Below, piece after piece: positions 1 to 13,829 of a stretch of DNA of 64,000 nucleotides. Origin of the DNA: Octopus vulgaris. Lineage: Eukaryota. The translations under genes and the position numbers were made by a program. The number at the start of each line of letters is the position of its first letter. Position 1 is the stretch's first letter. Location: the NCBI GenBank assembly GCA_951406725.2, contig OX597817.1:77624001-77688000 (forward strand), in the 5' to 3' direction. The notes under the pieces are model-generated. The model saw nothing but the letters and a program-made list of their open reading frames with translations. It had not been told where the DNA came from and did not search any database.

Positions 1-390
1 GATAGACATATATAGGCATATAGGAATGCATGTATAAGTACGTTAATCTGTTTGAATACATGTGTATGCATATACACATCTCATTATGTAATTCGTCTTT
101 TGTACATATATATGTATATATATCAATTTACTTATATGTACAGGAGATTCTGTTCATCAATGCATATATTGCTAGTTCGTGTGTAGATATCACCTGGCAA
201 TTTTAAGTTTGAGATTGCACACAAAAATTAACACCCAGGAACATAACACATCCCCATAAAGTTTGTGAGGCATAATCAATACACACACACACACACACAC
301 ACACGTACGTACACAGAGTAATTTGGATTAATGCCAATGTGTATACAATACAAACACTTACATACACATAATATATATCTATATCTATCA

Positions 391-464
<74 letters not shown>

Positions 465-504
465 ATATATATATATATATAAGTGCAAATGTATGTATGT
501 ATAA

Positions 505-550
<46 letters not shown>

Positions 551-677
551 ATAATAATAATAATATTTAGGCTACCTTGACATGCATAGTGATGTAAACA
601 AACCAACAATGTTTAACAGGCAGTGATCTGGGGAAAAACACAAACACATGTATACATATATATTATATGTGTATATA

Positions 678-730
<53 letters not shown>

Positions 731-1079
731 TAATATGTATATATATATATATATATGTGTGTGTATGCATGTATAGGTGTATGCATGTATATATATATAT
801 ATATATATATAAACAGAAAGAAACAATGAACAACAACGTAACAGGTGACAACAAAACGTCTGGACAGTTAGATGATACAAAAATGTACAGGACAAAACAA
901 TGACAAGTCATTCGGGGCTTTTTCTCTTCAGTCGAGATCCAGACCATCATAGAAGTTTTGGCTGGTTACACTTGAGATTGCTCCACTCTGACTAGTCCCA
1001 AGAAAATCTAAGCTAAGAGCACTAGATTCTTCAGAAAAAAATATATATATACATAGTCACACACACAGACACACACACG

Positions 1080-1139
<60 letters not shown>

Positions 1140-1209
1140 TACACAGATTTGTGAATGTATATGTGCAGAGGAATATATATATACATATATATGTATATAC
1201 ATATATACA

Positions 1210-1250
<41 letters not shown>

Positions 1251-1453
1251 ACACATATATATTCTCTTTTACTCTTTTATCTGTTCTAGTCAATTTGATT
1301 GCAGCCATGCTGGAGCACCACCTCTAATCAAATAAATTGACCCCAAACAAATCCTTTGTAAGCCTAGTACTTATTCTATTGGTGTCTTTTGCCAAACCTA
1401 TATTTATATATATATATGTATCTTGTATCACTCCCTCTCTCTCTGTCTCTCTC

Positions 1454-1600
<147 letters not shown>

Positions 1601-1654
1601 GTCTAACCAAGCGTTGTGAGTGAAGTTGGTAGACAGAACTTATAAGAAGCACCC

Positions 1655-1685
<31 letters not shown>

Positions 1686-1721
1686 ATGTGTGTGTATATA
1701 TATATATATATACACACACAT

Positions 1722-1752
<31 letters not shown>

Positions 1753-1932
1753 GGGTGCTTCTTATAAGTTCTGTCTACCAACTTCACTCACAACGCTTGG
1801 TTAGACTGGCGCTGTAGAAGACATTTGTCAATGGTGTCATGCAGTGGAACTGATCCTGGAACAATGTCTTGGGAGCAAACTTCTCATGACACACCCACAT
1901 CTGGAGGATATTTATATATATAAGCACATACA

Positions 1933-1996
<64 letters not shown>

Positions 1997-2311
1997 ACCA
2001 CACACACATACATATATAGATTTGTATTATGTATATCAGTTTGAATCACTTCCAAATTCGAGTGGCATTGCCATAGGAGATCTCAATCTCATCAAACGCT
2101 CTTGACATCTGATGAGTTTGGTTCCCAGTGAATATGTTGAATGCTAATTTACTTTCTTTCTTCATTCCCTTGTATACATGCATATGTACTCACCATACAC
2201 AAGTATAAATAAATATATATACACAAGTTTATACACACAGACACACGCATAAATATATACACATTTATACTGACTCGCACACATGCACATATATATATGA
2301 ATATATATATG

Positions 2312-2343
<32 letters not shown>

Positions 2344-2742
2344 TATCATGTTATAAAATCCACAAGTCTCATTATGTATCTGTCAGTCTGTTTATCTATC
2401 TATATATCTACTTACCTATGTACCTACTTATGTACCTATCTGTCCATCTAACCATCCACCTTGATATATATATATATATACATACAACTATAAATATATA
2501 CATATATATATATATATTCATATATATGTATACATACATATATATGTATATACATAAACATATATGTACATATGAATATACATATACATACACATATATA
2601 TATTTACATATACACATAATGGCGGTGCCCCAGCATAGCCAATGGCGGTGCCCCAGCATGGCCACAGCTCGTGAGCTGAAACTAGAATCAATCATACATA
2701 TATATATGTATGTATATATATTTATAGTTGTATGTATATATA

Positions 2743-2988
2743 CAGGGTGTTCAAAAAGTCTCTCTCCAGTAAGTATTTTATTGCAAAATAAATATCTATA
2801 AGATGGTATAAGACTACAAAAGAATATTTTAGAGTTTACAAGACTTTAAAAAACTTTATAAGAGATGTTGAAAGTGTCGTCTTTCATTTTTAGTTCATAT
2901 GTTGACTTTTGTACTCATGTTTAGAAATACATCTTGGAGAGTCTGGATGAAAAAAGATACAGTGTGGAGAAATATTTTGAACACCCTA
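2743..2988. mobile_element. Tc1/mariner-type MITE
   Basis: TIRs CAGGGTGTTCAAAA / TTTTGAACACCCT(A), flanked by TA on both sides. Confidence 0.7.
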
Positions 2989-3037
2989 TAAATACTCACG
3001 CACATTATATATATATATAAATATGTATGTATGTATG

Positions 3038-3087
<50 letters not shown>

Positions 3088-3240
3088 CATACCTGCATAA
3101 ATATATGTGTATATACATACACACACACACATATCTATATATACTCATATATATTCATATATATACATGCATTCATACATATATATGTGTGTGTGTGTGT
3201 ATGCATATATGTATGTATATGTATGTACATATATATATAT

Positions 3241-3375
3241 ATTTCTTTACTACCCACAAGGGGCTCCACACAGAGAGGACAAACAAGGACAGACAAGCGG
3301 ATTAAGTCGATTACATCGACCTCCGTGTGTAACTGGTACTTAATTTATCGACCCCGAAAGTATGAAAGGCAAAGA
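3241..3375 (-). mobile_element. SINE family B, 3' fragment
   Basis: Reverse complement of the tail of the 9585-10004 element. Confidence 0.7.
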
Positions 3376-3404
3376 TACATATATATATATATATATAGAA
3401 GGAC

Positions 3405-3437
<33 letters not shown>

Positions 3438-3548
3438 TAGATATGTATGTATGTATTGATGTATTGATATACATTAAACTTTCATGCATGAGTATATGTG
3501 TATATGTATAGGAATATATACGTATATATGTATACAACAGACAGACAG

Positions 3549-3620
<72 letters not shown>

Positions 3621-4260
3621 TCCCGTATGTGCTAAAGGTCTATTGACTTGTGCACTGCTAGGTGCACACAAATATGCGCACTTGCAAATGAGAAAGACAG
3701 ATTATCATTACAGAGTCACCTGTATGCATTTGTCTGTGTGTCCGTGCAACACTTGCTCATTGTGCAGTACTGCATGTTGAATGGTATTGAAGAAAACTGC
3801 ACACACGCACACTTGGAATGCATTGCTTTCTGTTATGAAGTATAGCATGGTTAAGATGTATGGCTTTTCTGCTGTAGCAGAGATGTATATGCTTGTGTTT
3901 ATGTGTATGTCTATGTATTTTTGTGAGTGTGTGTGTGTGTGTGTGTGTGTATGTGTCAGTGTGTATGTATGTTTATCTGCATGGCTTTATGTGTAATGAT
4001 TGTTACAGGTATGGTTTATTTCATATAAGGCATAGTGATACCTACTTACACACATATGTGCAGAACCATGAAAACACATAAATAGACAATCATCTATATA
4101 TATATACATATACATATGTAAGTGTCTGTCTGTCTATCTGTCTGTCTGTCCGTCTGTCTGTCTATCTACCTATCCTTCAATAAATCTATCTTTCTGCCTA
4201 CCTACCTACATACATACATACATGCATACATATACATATACATATATGTGTATATATGTT

Positions 4261-4291
<31 letters not shown>

Positions 4292-4459
4292 GTATATATA
4301 TATATGTATAAGTATATATAGAAAGCAAATAAGTAACAAGAACGTTTGGGTGTTAGTGCACATCCTGTACATCCCCCTTATTTCTTTTTATTCACCTAAC
4401 TTTGAGGTCTGTGACAATACCAGGCTAACTTGGTGCCTCACATATATATATATATATAT

Positions 4460-4847
4460 CTTTTCTCTTTTACCTGTTTCAGTCATTTGACTGCGGCCAT
4501 GCTGGAGCACCGCCTTTAGTCGAGCAAATCGACCCCGGGACTTATTCTTTGTAAGCCTAGTACTTATGCTATTGGTCTCTTTTGCCGAACCGCGAAGTTA
4601 CCGGACTTAAACACACCAGCATCGGTTGTCAAGCGATGTTGGGGGGACAAACACAGACACACAAACACACACATATATATACACATATATACGACAGGCT
4701 TCTTTCAGTTTCCGTCTACCACATCCACTCACAAGGCTCTGGTCGGCCCAAGGCTATAGTAGAAAACACTTGCCCAAGGTGCCACGCAGTGGGACTGAAC
4801 CCGGAACCATGTGGTTGGTAAGCAAGCTACTTACCACACAGCCACTC
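4460..4847 (-). mobile_element. tRNA-derived SINE family A (CORE-SINE-like), near full length
   Basis: Minus strand has A-box-like TGGCTGTGTGG, B-box-like GGTTCAGTCCC and GTGGCACCTTGGGCAAGTG resembling the MIR/CORE domain, then an internal (TA/TG) microsatellite and a tail ending CAGTCAAATGACTGAAAC; more than 15 copies in the window. Confidence 0.85.
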
Positions 4848-5545
4848 ACATATATATATGTATGTATGCATGTATATATACATATATATGTATATATACA
4901 TACATCTATATGTATCTCTATTAATTATACCTTTATGGCCCTAACTCATGCCGACATACATATTCATTCCTATGTATTTATATATAAATGGAATGGTAAG
5001 ATCATTATTCTGGGTACAAAAATTAGAAGAATAAAATAGGGGAGAAGTTTACATAGAATACAGGAAGTAGAATATATAAGTTTTGTTAATGTTTTATGTA
5101 ATGTGGAGCAGAAGATAGCATGACATGTTGTAGTCTTGAAAGTAGTAAATCAAGAATTTCTGAGGTATTGTATAAGAGAAATTCCTACAGTTGGATAATA
5201 GCACTTTTATACTTTGTGATTCTGAAAAGAAAGGGGCATGGAGGTGTTACTCTGAAAGTCTGTTAAATGTAGAGAATGCATGGTAGAAAGTGATTCTTTC
5301 CAACAAGGACTGAACTAAGAGGGGCAAGGGACAAGAGCATTACTGAATAAATAAGTATATGAAAGCAGGGTAAGCTCCTGGATCACCAGGAATTACTGCT
5401 GAGAAACTTGAAATATCTAGCACCATAGTATACAGGCTTGTTATTCATATAGCCAATTAGTTTGTACAGGAAGTTGTCACACCCGATGTTGGGTATAACA
5501 CATATCATATTCAACTGCAAAAAAATTACAGAAGATGCCTTAGAG

Positions 5546-6285
5546 CAGGGGTCCTCAATCATTTATTGTCTATGGACCCCTTTAATTACAATTTTATTCC
5601 AGCGAACCCCCATAGCCATTCAATGTTTAAAAACATGTTTTATAGAATGTTATTACCTCTGTCAAGGAAGGAGGTTATGTTTTCATTGGCGTTGGTTTGT
5701 CCATCTGTCCGTCTGTGTGCGAAATAACTCAAAAAGTTGTGAACGCTATTTAATGAAACTTACATAAAAAGTTGGTAATGACAGAAGGAACAGATGATGA
5801 AATTTTGGTAGTGATCCGGGAATTTTCATGGATTCTTGAAGGATTTTTCATTTGTTATATTTACTTTAAATGAAATATTACAATGTTACGTTCTTTGATT
5901 ATTTCTCTTGAAAACACGTTCATCGTTTCCACGTAACCTATGGTGGTGTTGCTGTTTCTAAAGTTTATTTTACTTTCTCTATTTGTAATTTTATTCGCGT
6001 ATCTATCTTAAAATGAGCTGCTTGGCGAAGGTCTGCGGTCTCCGTGTGCTTTTCTAGTTTATTAATGTTTTCACGCATTAATTTGTAGGTAGAATTATGT
6101 AAAATGTTAAAGAAGAAACCCAGCTATTTCTTGCAATGTATACCAATACATACATCTAAAGCAAATTTTTTTCAGGAGCCCTTAAAATACTCCTGTGGAT
6201 CTCCAATTTACTACTTTGTTGTATGGATCCCCAAAATCTTAAATGGACCCTTAAGGGCCGTATGGACTGTGGCTGAGAAGCACTG
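5546..6285. mobile_element. hAT (Charlie-like) MITE
   Basis: Ends CAGGGGTCCTCAA / TGAGAAGCACTG; exact 8-bp TSD CCTTAGAG at 5538-5545 and 6286-6293. Confidence 0.85.
5651..6059 (+). mobile_element. Helentron-associated (HINE/DINE-1-like) non-autonomous element
   Basis: Subterminal inverted repeats ACCTCTGTCAAG / CTTGGCGAAGGT, a TCTG/TCCG microsatellite near the 5' end, T-rich insertion site and CTAGTTT end. Confidence 0.6.
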
Positions 6286-7128
6286 CCTTAGAGAGAAGTA
6301 ATTATAGAGGTATCATATTGCTGGACCAGGTCATGAAAGATACAGAAGCAACTGCTCAACTACTTAGGGATAGAATTAATCTAGATGCAATGCAGTTTGG
6401 TTCTGTGTCAGGAGGAACTACTACTGACGCTCACTTCCAGACGAGGTAACTAGAGAAGAAATATTTAGTTGAAATTCAGTATTCATATTTAACATTTGTT
6501 GACCTGGAGAAGGCCTTTGTCAAGGTTCCTTTCTCTGTGGTTTGGATCAGGTCGCGAAAGTTACAGAAAAAGTTACAGTTCAAATACTTAGGAATAGAGT
6601 TTCTCCAGACGAAATGTTGTTCAATTTTGTACTTGTAGAATTACTATTCATGCTCACTTAAAGACGAGGTAACTACAGGAAAAATATTCAGTTAAAAATT
6701 AGCCACGATTCTTAGCGGTCGTCAGCCTAAGAAAGCCTTTCATATGGTCCCTTGTTCTGTGATCTGAGGATAGCTGAGGAAGCTAGGAGTGGGCGAATGA
6801 CATGTGAGAGTTAGATAAACAATATACAGAGATGATGCCAGTAAGGAATTAAGAAGGGCATCTAGTCATAGAAACATCGCCAAAACAGAGGTTTTGAAAG
6901 ATAAGCATAAAGTAATGGATGTAGATACATCCAAAAATTACCCTGATAATCCATTACCTGCAATTCCAGAGAAACCAATGCCATTGTAAAAAATGCAACT
7001 GAAGCGAACAGCATCAAATTCCTTTATTCTCAAAAAGTGAAGTACTGCAGAACGTGTGCCAATTGCATTGGCAGTGTTTCAGCAAGGCCACAGCCCTCGA
7101 GCAGGAACTGAATAAAGAGAAGAGAAAG

Positions 7129-7200
<72 letters not shown>

Positions 7201-7252
7201 GATGTATGGATGTATACGTATGTATGCATGTATATATACATACATATATATC

Positions 7253-7303
<51 letters not shown>

Positions 7304-7317
7304 ATATACATGCATAC

Positions 7318-7349
<32 letters not shown>

Positions 7350-7429
7350 GTACATATGTATACATACATACGTACATATGTATATATGTACATATATATA
7401 TATGCATAAGTATGTGCCTCTCTATATAA

Positions 7430-7534
<105 letters not shown>

Positions 7535-7540
7535 TATGCA

Positions 7541-7602
<62 letters not shown>

Positions 7603-8444
7603 CTCCCACTTTGTGTTTACCTGGTAATGGTAGCTAATAATGGTATTTAACTATGCAAAACATATACCAAGGAAAAAAGTGTATCTGCCTTTTAAGGTTT
7701 TAGAAGGAAGTGAGCAAAAACAATAAAGCGAGAGAGTATGATATTGGCCTGTATTTGTCTCACCGTAGGCACAAGCAATAGTTATTTGACCAAGCGATTT
7801 GCTCTTTGTTGATGGAAATCGATGTAAAAGCCCCATACATACAGACATACAAACACACAAGCGCACGCGTGCACACACACAAGCAAACACTTGTGTGTGT
7901 GTACGTCCGTTACTGTGTGTATGCTTCAAAATATTGAATATGTTCTTATGTACGAAAATAAATACATCTTCAGATATCCAGGGCTCAGTTCTCAAACATA
8001 TTGCTAAACTCTTGTGTTTTATTCATAAATCAGTTTAATAACTACAATTAACATTTATCTAGATGGCCATATTTTCGCGTGTGTTATCGAAACAGCTGTA
8101 GAAAAAAATGAAATTTTTGAAAATATCAACATGATCGCTTGTTTTCGCGTGGGTTAGCGAAACAACTGTAGATAAAATGAAATTTTAAAAAATAGCAACA
8201 TAATCGTTTGTTTTTTCTTTTTCTTTATACTTTTAAAGTAAAAGAAGAGGGATTCAGAATCTGGGTAAGGACCTTAGTCTAACCACTACGAGTGATAGGG
8301 AACATATAGAATTGTTTAAGATAAACAATCACACGATACCTCACGCAAAAGATAAATCCTGATTTCACACAACATCCAGAGTATATAATCAAGACAACAT
8401 AAAGAAAAATGATGAATTATACAGATTCAAAACTTTATTGCGGT

Positions 8445-8826
8445 ATTATTACTTCCGCCTTCGCTAAGGCGGAGGTATTCTTTTTAGTTGCATTTGTTTG
8501 TTTGTTTACTTGTTTGACCGTGGACAAGATATCTCAAAAAAACGTTAGATGGATTCGAATGAATCTTTCAAGGATGTTTGGCCTCGTGACTAGCACGAAA
8601 TGATTAGATTTGGGGATCGATACAGAACCAGACAAGGATTCTGGATTACTTTTCCAGATTTTCACTTAATTTTTGTGAGCGGTCGGGTTCATTTTTAGCG
8701 TTCTCGTTTGTGAGAGCAGTTGAGTTTATTTGAGATGTTCTCATTTTAAAAATCATCTCAAGCTAATCGTTGAGAGGACGTTCGTGTTGCCTTGGCGGAA
8801 GCTTCCGCTCTGTGAGTGCTCTTGTA
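8445..8826 (+). mobile_element. HINE/DINE-1-like element, second family member
   Basis: TTATTACTTCCGCC...AAGGCGGAGG start, GTTT microsatellite and CTTGGCGGAAG...GAGTGCTCTTGT end, as in 5651-6059. Confidence 0.6.
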
Positions 8827-8979
8827 CTCATTAAATTCACATTTGATTCCAATTCGACACGTGTTTCTGCTGCACAAGTGACCTAATATCCTTTGATATT
8901 TATGTGAATAGTTGGTTCAGTTTCAGTACTTATTCATGTGTGTGTGTGTGAGAGAGAGTGTACGTATAACTACGTATAT

Positions 8980-9044
<65 letters not shown>

Positions 9045-9074
9045 CATACATACATACATATATATATATATATA

Positions 9075-9270
9075 AAGTTAATCCAAACAAGAAAGCAAAA
9101 AAAAACACAACAACGCGAGGACGTGGAACAAATATAGTATTATTGGACGCTCAGGAAAGAAGGAAAGGAGGAGGGTTTAACGTTTCGAGCGGAGCTCTTC
9201 GTCGGAAACATAGGAGAAGGAAAGATCTAGAGAAGAGAAGACGGAGGAAAAAAATCCCCAACGGTACACA
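9075..9270 (-). mobile_element. Short hammerhead-bearing repeat (family H1) next to (TA)n
   Basis: Homologous to 25690-25887, 36765-36880 and 58070-58165; motif at 9175-9209. Confidence 0.7.
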
Positions 9271-9514
9271 GTTTTATCTTTATGGCTGAGAGTCATGCAT
9301 TAAAGTTTCATGTTAAAACCGTACACACTTAGAGTGTCCTCAACGCCCACTGCTTCATGTTCTATCTTTGTATTGTGTCTATCCTCCCAGAACCAGAGGA
9401 TGTGGGCACAGATGCTCTGGATCCTTATAAGATTGTTAGTCAAAATATCGCAGTTTTCGCCATCTGTACATACATACATACATACATACATACATACATA
9501 CATACATACATACA

Positions 9515-9547
<33 letters not shown>

Positions 9548-9584
9548 TCATGCATGTCTGATGGCTGTCAACTCATCGTATCAT

Positions 9585-10004
9585 GGCGGCGAGCTGGCAG
9601 AATCGTTAGCACGCCGGGCGAAATGCGTAGCCGTATTTCGCCTGCCGTTACGTTCTGAGTTCAAATTCCGCCGAGGTCGACTTTACCTTTCATCCTTTCG
9701 GGGTTGATAAATTAAGTACCAGTTACGCACCGGGGCCGATGTAATCAACTTAATCCGTTTGTCTGTCCTTGTTTGTCCTTTCTGTGTTTAGCACCTTGTG
9801 GGTAGTAAAGAAATAGGTATTTCGTCTGTCTTTGCGTTCTGAGTTCAAATTCCGCCGAGGTTGACTTTGCCTTTCATCCTTTCGGGGTCGATAAATTAAG
9901 TACTATTAACGCACTGGGATCGATGTAATCGACTTAATCTCTTTGTCTGTCTTTGATTGTTCCCTCTGTGTTTAAGCCCCTTGTGGGCAATAAAGAAATA
10001 AGAA
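9585..10004 (+). mobile_element. tRNA-derived SINE family B (dimeric body)
   Basis: A-box-like TGGCAGAATCG and B-box GAGTTCAAATTCC, central GTCGACTTTGCCTTTCATCCTTTCGGGGTCGATAAA consensus repeated twice, tail ...AATAAAGAAATAAGAAA. Confidence 0.8.
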
Positions 10005-10269
10005 AGTCATCGTATGATCATCACTGACAAAAAGCAACGCCTACTTAAAATGTTAGGTCTTGTAAAGCTTGCACAAAAATCTCGTAGAGTCTCTCCGCAC
10101 TGTTGGCCTGATCCAGAGACAAGCCGATGCAAGATATCTTGAGCCAATATAGGTTGTATGTTCAGTAATGTGGAAGCGCCATTATCTGAAGTGCAAGTTA
10201 AAAAAATCCTCAAAATGTCCATTGCTATTCCCAGCAGACCCAGTTTTATATCAGAATGACTTTCTTATA

Positions 10270-10490
10270 CAGTTCACCGCCATCAATTCATCGCAAGAGA
10301 GTTCACCGCCATCGATCCACCGTGAGGAAAGTTTGCGGAGAAAATGTATCCATAGAATCTCACTATTAATAGTTAAAAACTATTTTATTGATTAAAAAGT
10401 AAATGAATAAATTAAATAAAAAATAAAACAGTGAATTGATGACGGTGAGCTTTCGCTGCGTTGAATTGATGACGGTAAACTGATGGGACA
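10270..10490. mobile_element. MITE with imperfect, internally repeated inverted ends
   Basis: CAGTTCACCGCCATCAATTCA (repeated) against TGAATTGATGACGGT(G/A)A (repeated). Confidence 0.55.
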
Positions 10491-10529
10491 TGTTTAGAGA
10501 CATTATTTAACAATTGTTTTGTCGAGAAC

Positions 10530-11021
<492 letters not shown>

Positions 11022-11044
11022 CTTTAAATATATATATATATATC

Positions 11045-11291
11045 ATTTTTGGATTTGGTTTACAAGATTCTTTATATGAGTTCGTGTGTTGAAGCATATT
11101 ATGTTGTGTCTGAGGAGAGTCATTTTCTTTTAACACACTCACCGGTAAAATTTCCACTTATTTCTTATTTTTATTTGCCTAAAATTTTTGTTACGTCTTG
11201 CAACCTTTTCAATAGTCTTATTGAAAAAGGTTGCAAGACGCAACGAAAATTATAAGGCACAAAAAGAAAATGACTCTCCCCAGACACAACA

Positions 11292-11292
<1 letters not shown>
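11045..11292. mobile_element. Fold-back element in (TA)n with variant hammerhead motif (family H5)
   Basis: Inverted arms centred near 11216; hammerhead-like fold at 11215-11258 on +. Confidence 0.65.
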
Positions 11293-11345
<53 letters not shown>

Positions 11346-11912
11346 TTTCAGGAAAGAGATAAAAAAAGTTTTATATACTATATATACTATATATACTATA
11401 TATATATATATATATATGGTATATTAAATTTTTTCTCTAACTTTCATGAAACGGAATTTCATTAGAGATTAGACAAATCATAAATGTCTCTAAAAGGTTC
11501 AGCAACGCGAAATCTATTATACACCACAAAAATAATTTTAGAAATTTCCCCTTATCCAAGTCATTGGTTAAATCAAATTCCTTATCGTTTTCCATTAACC
11601 AATGACTTTTCACGTAGGGTCTCTTCATGTCGTACAGATGCTAAAATATATACATACATCCATCCATCCATACATACATACGTGCATGCATACATACATA
11701 CACACACACAGACACACACACACACACACACATATATATACATATATATACGATGAGCTCCTTTCAGTTTTCGCCTACCAAATCCACTCACAAGACTTTG
11801 GTCGGCCGAGGCCATAGTAGAAAACACATGCTCAATATGCCACACAGTGAGACTGAACCCAGAACCACGTGGTAGGGAAACAAACTTCTTACCACACAGT
11901 CAACTTCAAGAA

Positions 11913-12148
11913 GAGTGGTTCTCAGCCATATTTTATCTATAGACCTCTTTGATTCTTATTCTCTTCACGAGGACCCTCATAACCATTTAATGCTTTAAAA
12001 ACCCTATGATATTTTCATAACTGAATATTACTAGGGTGTTAAAATATTTTGTCTATTGTAAAAATATAACCAATTTATTGCACATAATTTTTAACAAGAT
12101 CTTATATGGGGCCCCACAAACCTTATGGACCCCAAATGAGAACCTCTT
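11913..12148. mobile_element. hAT-type MITE, same family as 5546-6285
   Basis: AGTGGTTCTCA ... TGAGAACCTCT ends and shared internal sequence. Confidence 0.6.
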
Positions 12149-12832
12149 CTCAAAGAATGACCAACAAAAGAGATACTGTACGCATCAAGTCTGTCTTTCA
12201 TTTGCATCCTGAATTTATTAGAATTTACCGTTATTGTTTGTTTAAAACATATCACATTCCAACACAGTGGTGTGTTATGAAATCCTTTTGCCGACTACAT
12301 GTCTTCAAGTTTATTTTCACTATGTAGTTCCTCAAAGTCGTGGCTCAAGTTTTGAAACATTATTTTTAGAAATTAAAATTGTTATGCCTAAGTGCAATTC
12401 GATTCAAACATATACAACGCAAAGATATACTTACCTAACAACCGATCCAATGATTCAATATCTCGAAGAAAAAATAAGTAAAATCAAAAACATAGTTCCA
12501 GACCAAATTGCTTACTTTTAATACAACTTTGGTCATTTAATATATAAAGATTCAAATTTTCAGACCTATGTTGCAAACTTTTGGCCACGACTGTATATTA
12601 GTGTTCTCCAACAAAAACAATGGATTGCTTAATGCTTTGGGAAGGAAATTTGGTCGACGGAAACCGAAAAGAATCTTTTTGTTGTTGGTCTTGTCTCGTA
12701 GATAAAATACTTCGCTCAGTTGCAACACCACCGCTTGGCCGTTGGATGATGACACTAGAAAAATACTCTCAATTGCGGATGTGTCATTCTACTACTCTCT
12801 TTCTCTTCCTCTCTCCTCTCTCTCTCTCTCTC

Positions 12833-12874
<42 letters not shown>

Positions 12875-12903
12875 ACGCATACAAACACTTTCTTGGATGA
12901 CAA

Positions 12904-12997
<94 letters not shown>

Positions 12998-13303
12998 CAT
13001 ATACGCAACACACATGCAGGCGCGCTTACACACACACAAACACAGATGTGAAGGCGCATGGCCAAGTGGTTATGGTGTAGTACTCATGATCGCGGGTTCG
13101 TTTCCTGGACTGGGCAACGCGTTGTGTTCTTGAGCAAAACACTTCATTTCACGTTGTTCTACAATCATTTCGACATTTGACGTGTGGCACACCCGTGCAT
13201 CTGTACAGTTAATGTACAGCAAGTATATTTGATGGCTATAGATAAATCATTTGTGCAGATCGTTCAGCAAAATATCATCATCGATTGAAGATTCCATCAT
13301 GAA

Positions 13304-13822
13304 TACAAGGGGATGCTGAAAAGTTCCTGGCTTTAAGGGTGTCGCGAGAGGTCTGGCTGGAGGCCCAGCCTTCCGAGTTCTTTTACAGAGCTTAGAAAAA
13401 CTGACGGACCTCTGCAATAAGTATGTGAATCTGAGACGAGAATATCTCTCTCTATATAAACGGCAGTTTGCCTGTGCGTGTTTCTGTGTGTCTGTTTGCT
13501 TGTACCCTCACTCTGACCACGGCTTTCAACCGATTCTGATGAAACTTGACACACACATAGCCCAATGTCATAATTCAAAACTAACGCAGCGAAAATTTTG
13601 AAAAGTTCCCCCAGTTCAGAAAAAGATCGATAAATTCGTCTTCCCATTTTTTTTTTGCTATTTTTTGGCTATAACTCTCTAAAAGTGCTTTATAGTTATT
13701 TCCCTTACAAACCCGAGCAACGCCGGGCGATACTGCTAGTGTAGAATAAAATCATAATTAACTGATCCGCCTGTATTTTCCTTTATCCAAAAATCAATAA
13801 CTTTTTAACAACCCCCTCATAT
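13304..13822. mobile_element. Mariner-like MITE interrupted by a Helitron
   Basis: TACAAGGGGATGCTGAAAAGTT ... AACTTTTTAACAACCCCTCATA ends; an inverted sister copy lies at about 19971-20162. Confidence 0.6.
13445..13739 (+). mobile_element. Non-autonomous Helitron
   Basis: 5' TC, 3' hairpin CCCGAGCAACGCCGGG followed by CTAG; inserted between A and T, no TSD. Confidence 0.8.
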
Positions 13823-13829
13823 ATATACT

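Larger units (their letters stand above)
5340..6850 (+). pseudogene. Decayed RTE-clade LINE reverse transcriptase fragment, interrupted and partly duplicated
   Basis: Translates to MKAG*APGSPGITAEKL ... SNYRGIILLDQVMK ... MQFGSVSGGTTTDA ... FVDLEKAFVKVP..VVW, typical non-LTR RT motifs; a second diverged copy of the DLEKAF segment lies at about 6640-6850. Confidence 0.75.

Noticed and set aside
2105-2145. CTGATGA...GAATATGTT hammerhead candidate
   Set aside because: GAAA is mutated and stems I and III do not close cleanly; at most a decayed copy
4582-4821. Recurrent peptide [43 protein letters not shown]
   Set aside because: Antisense translation of SINE family A, not a gene family
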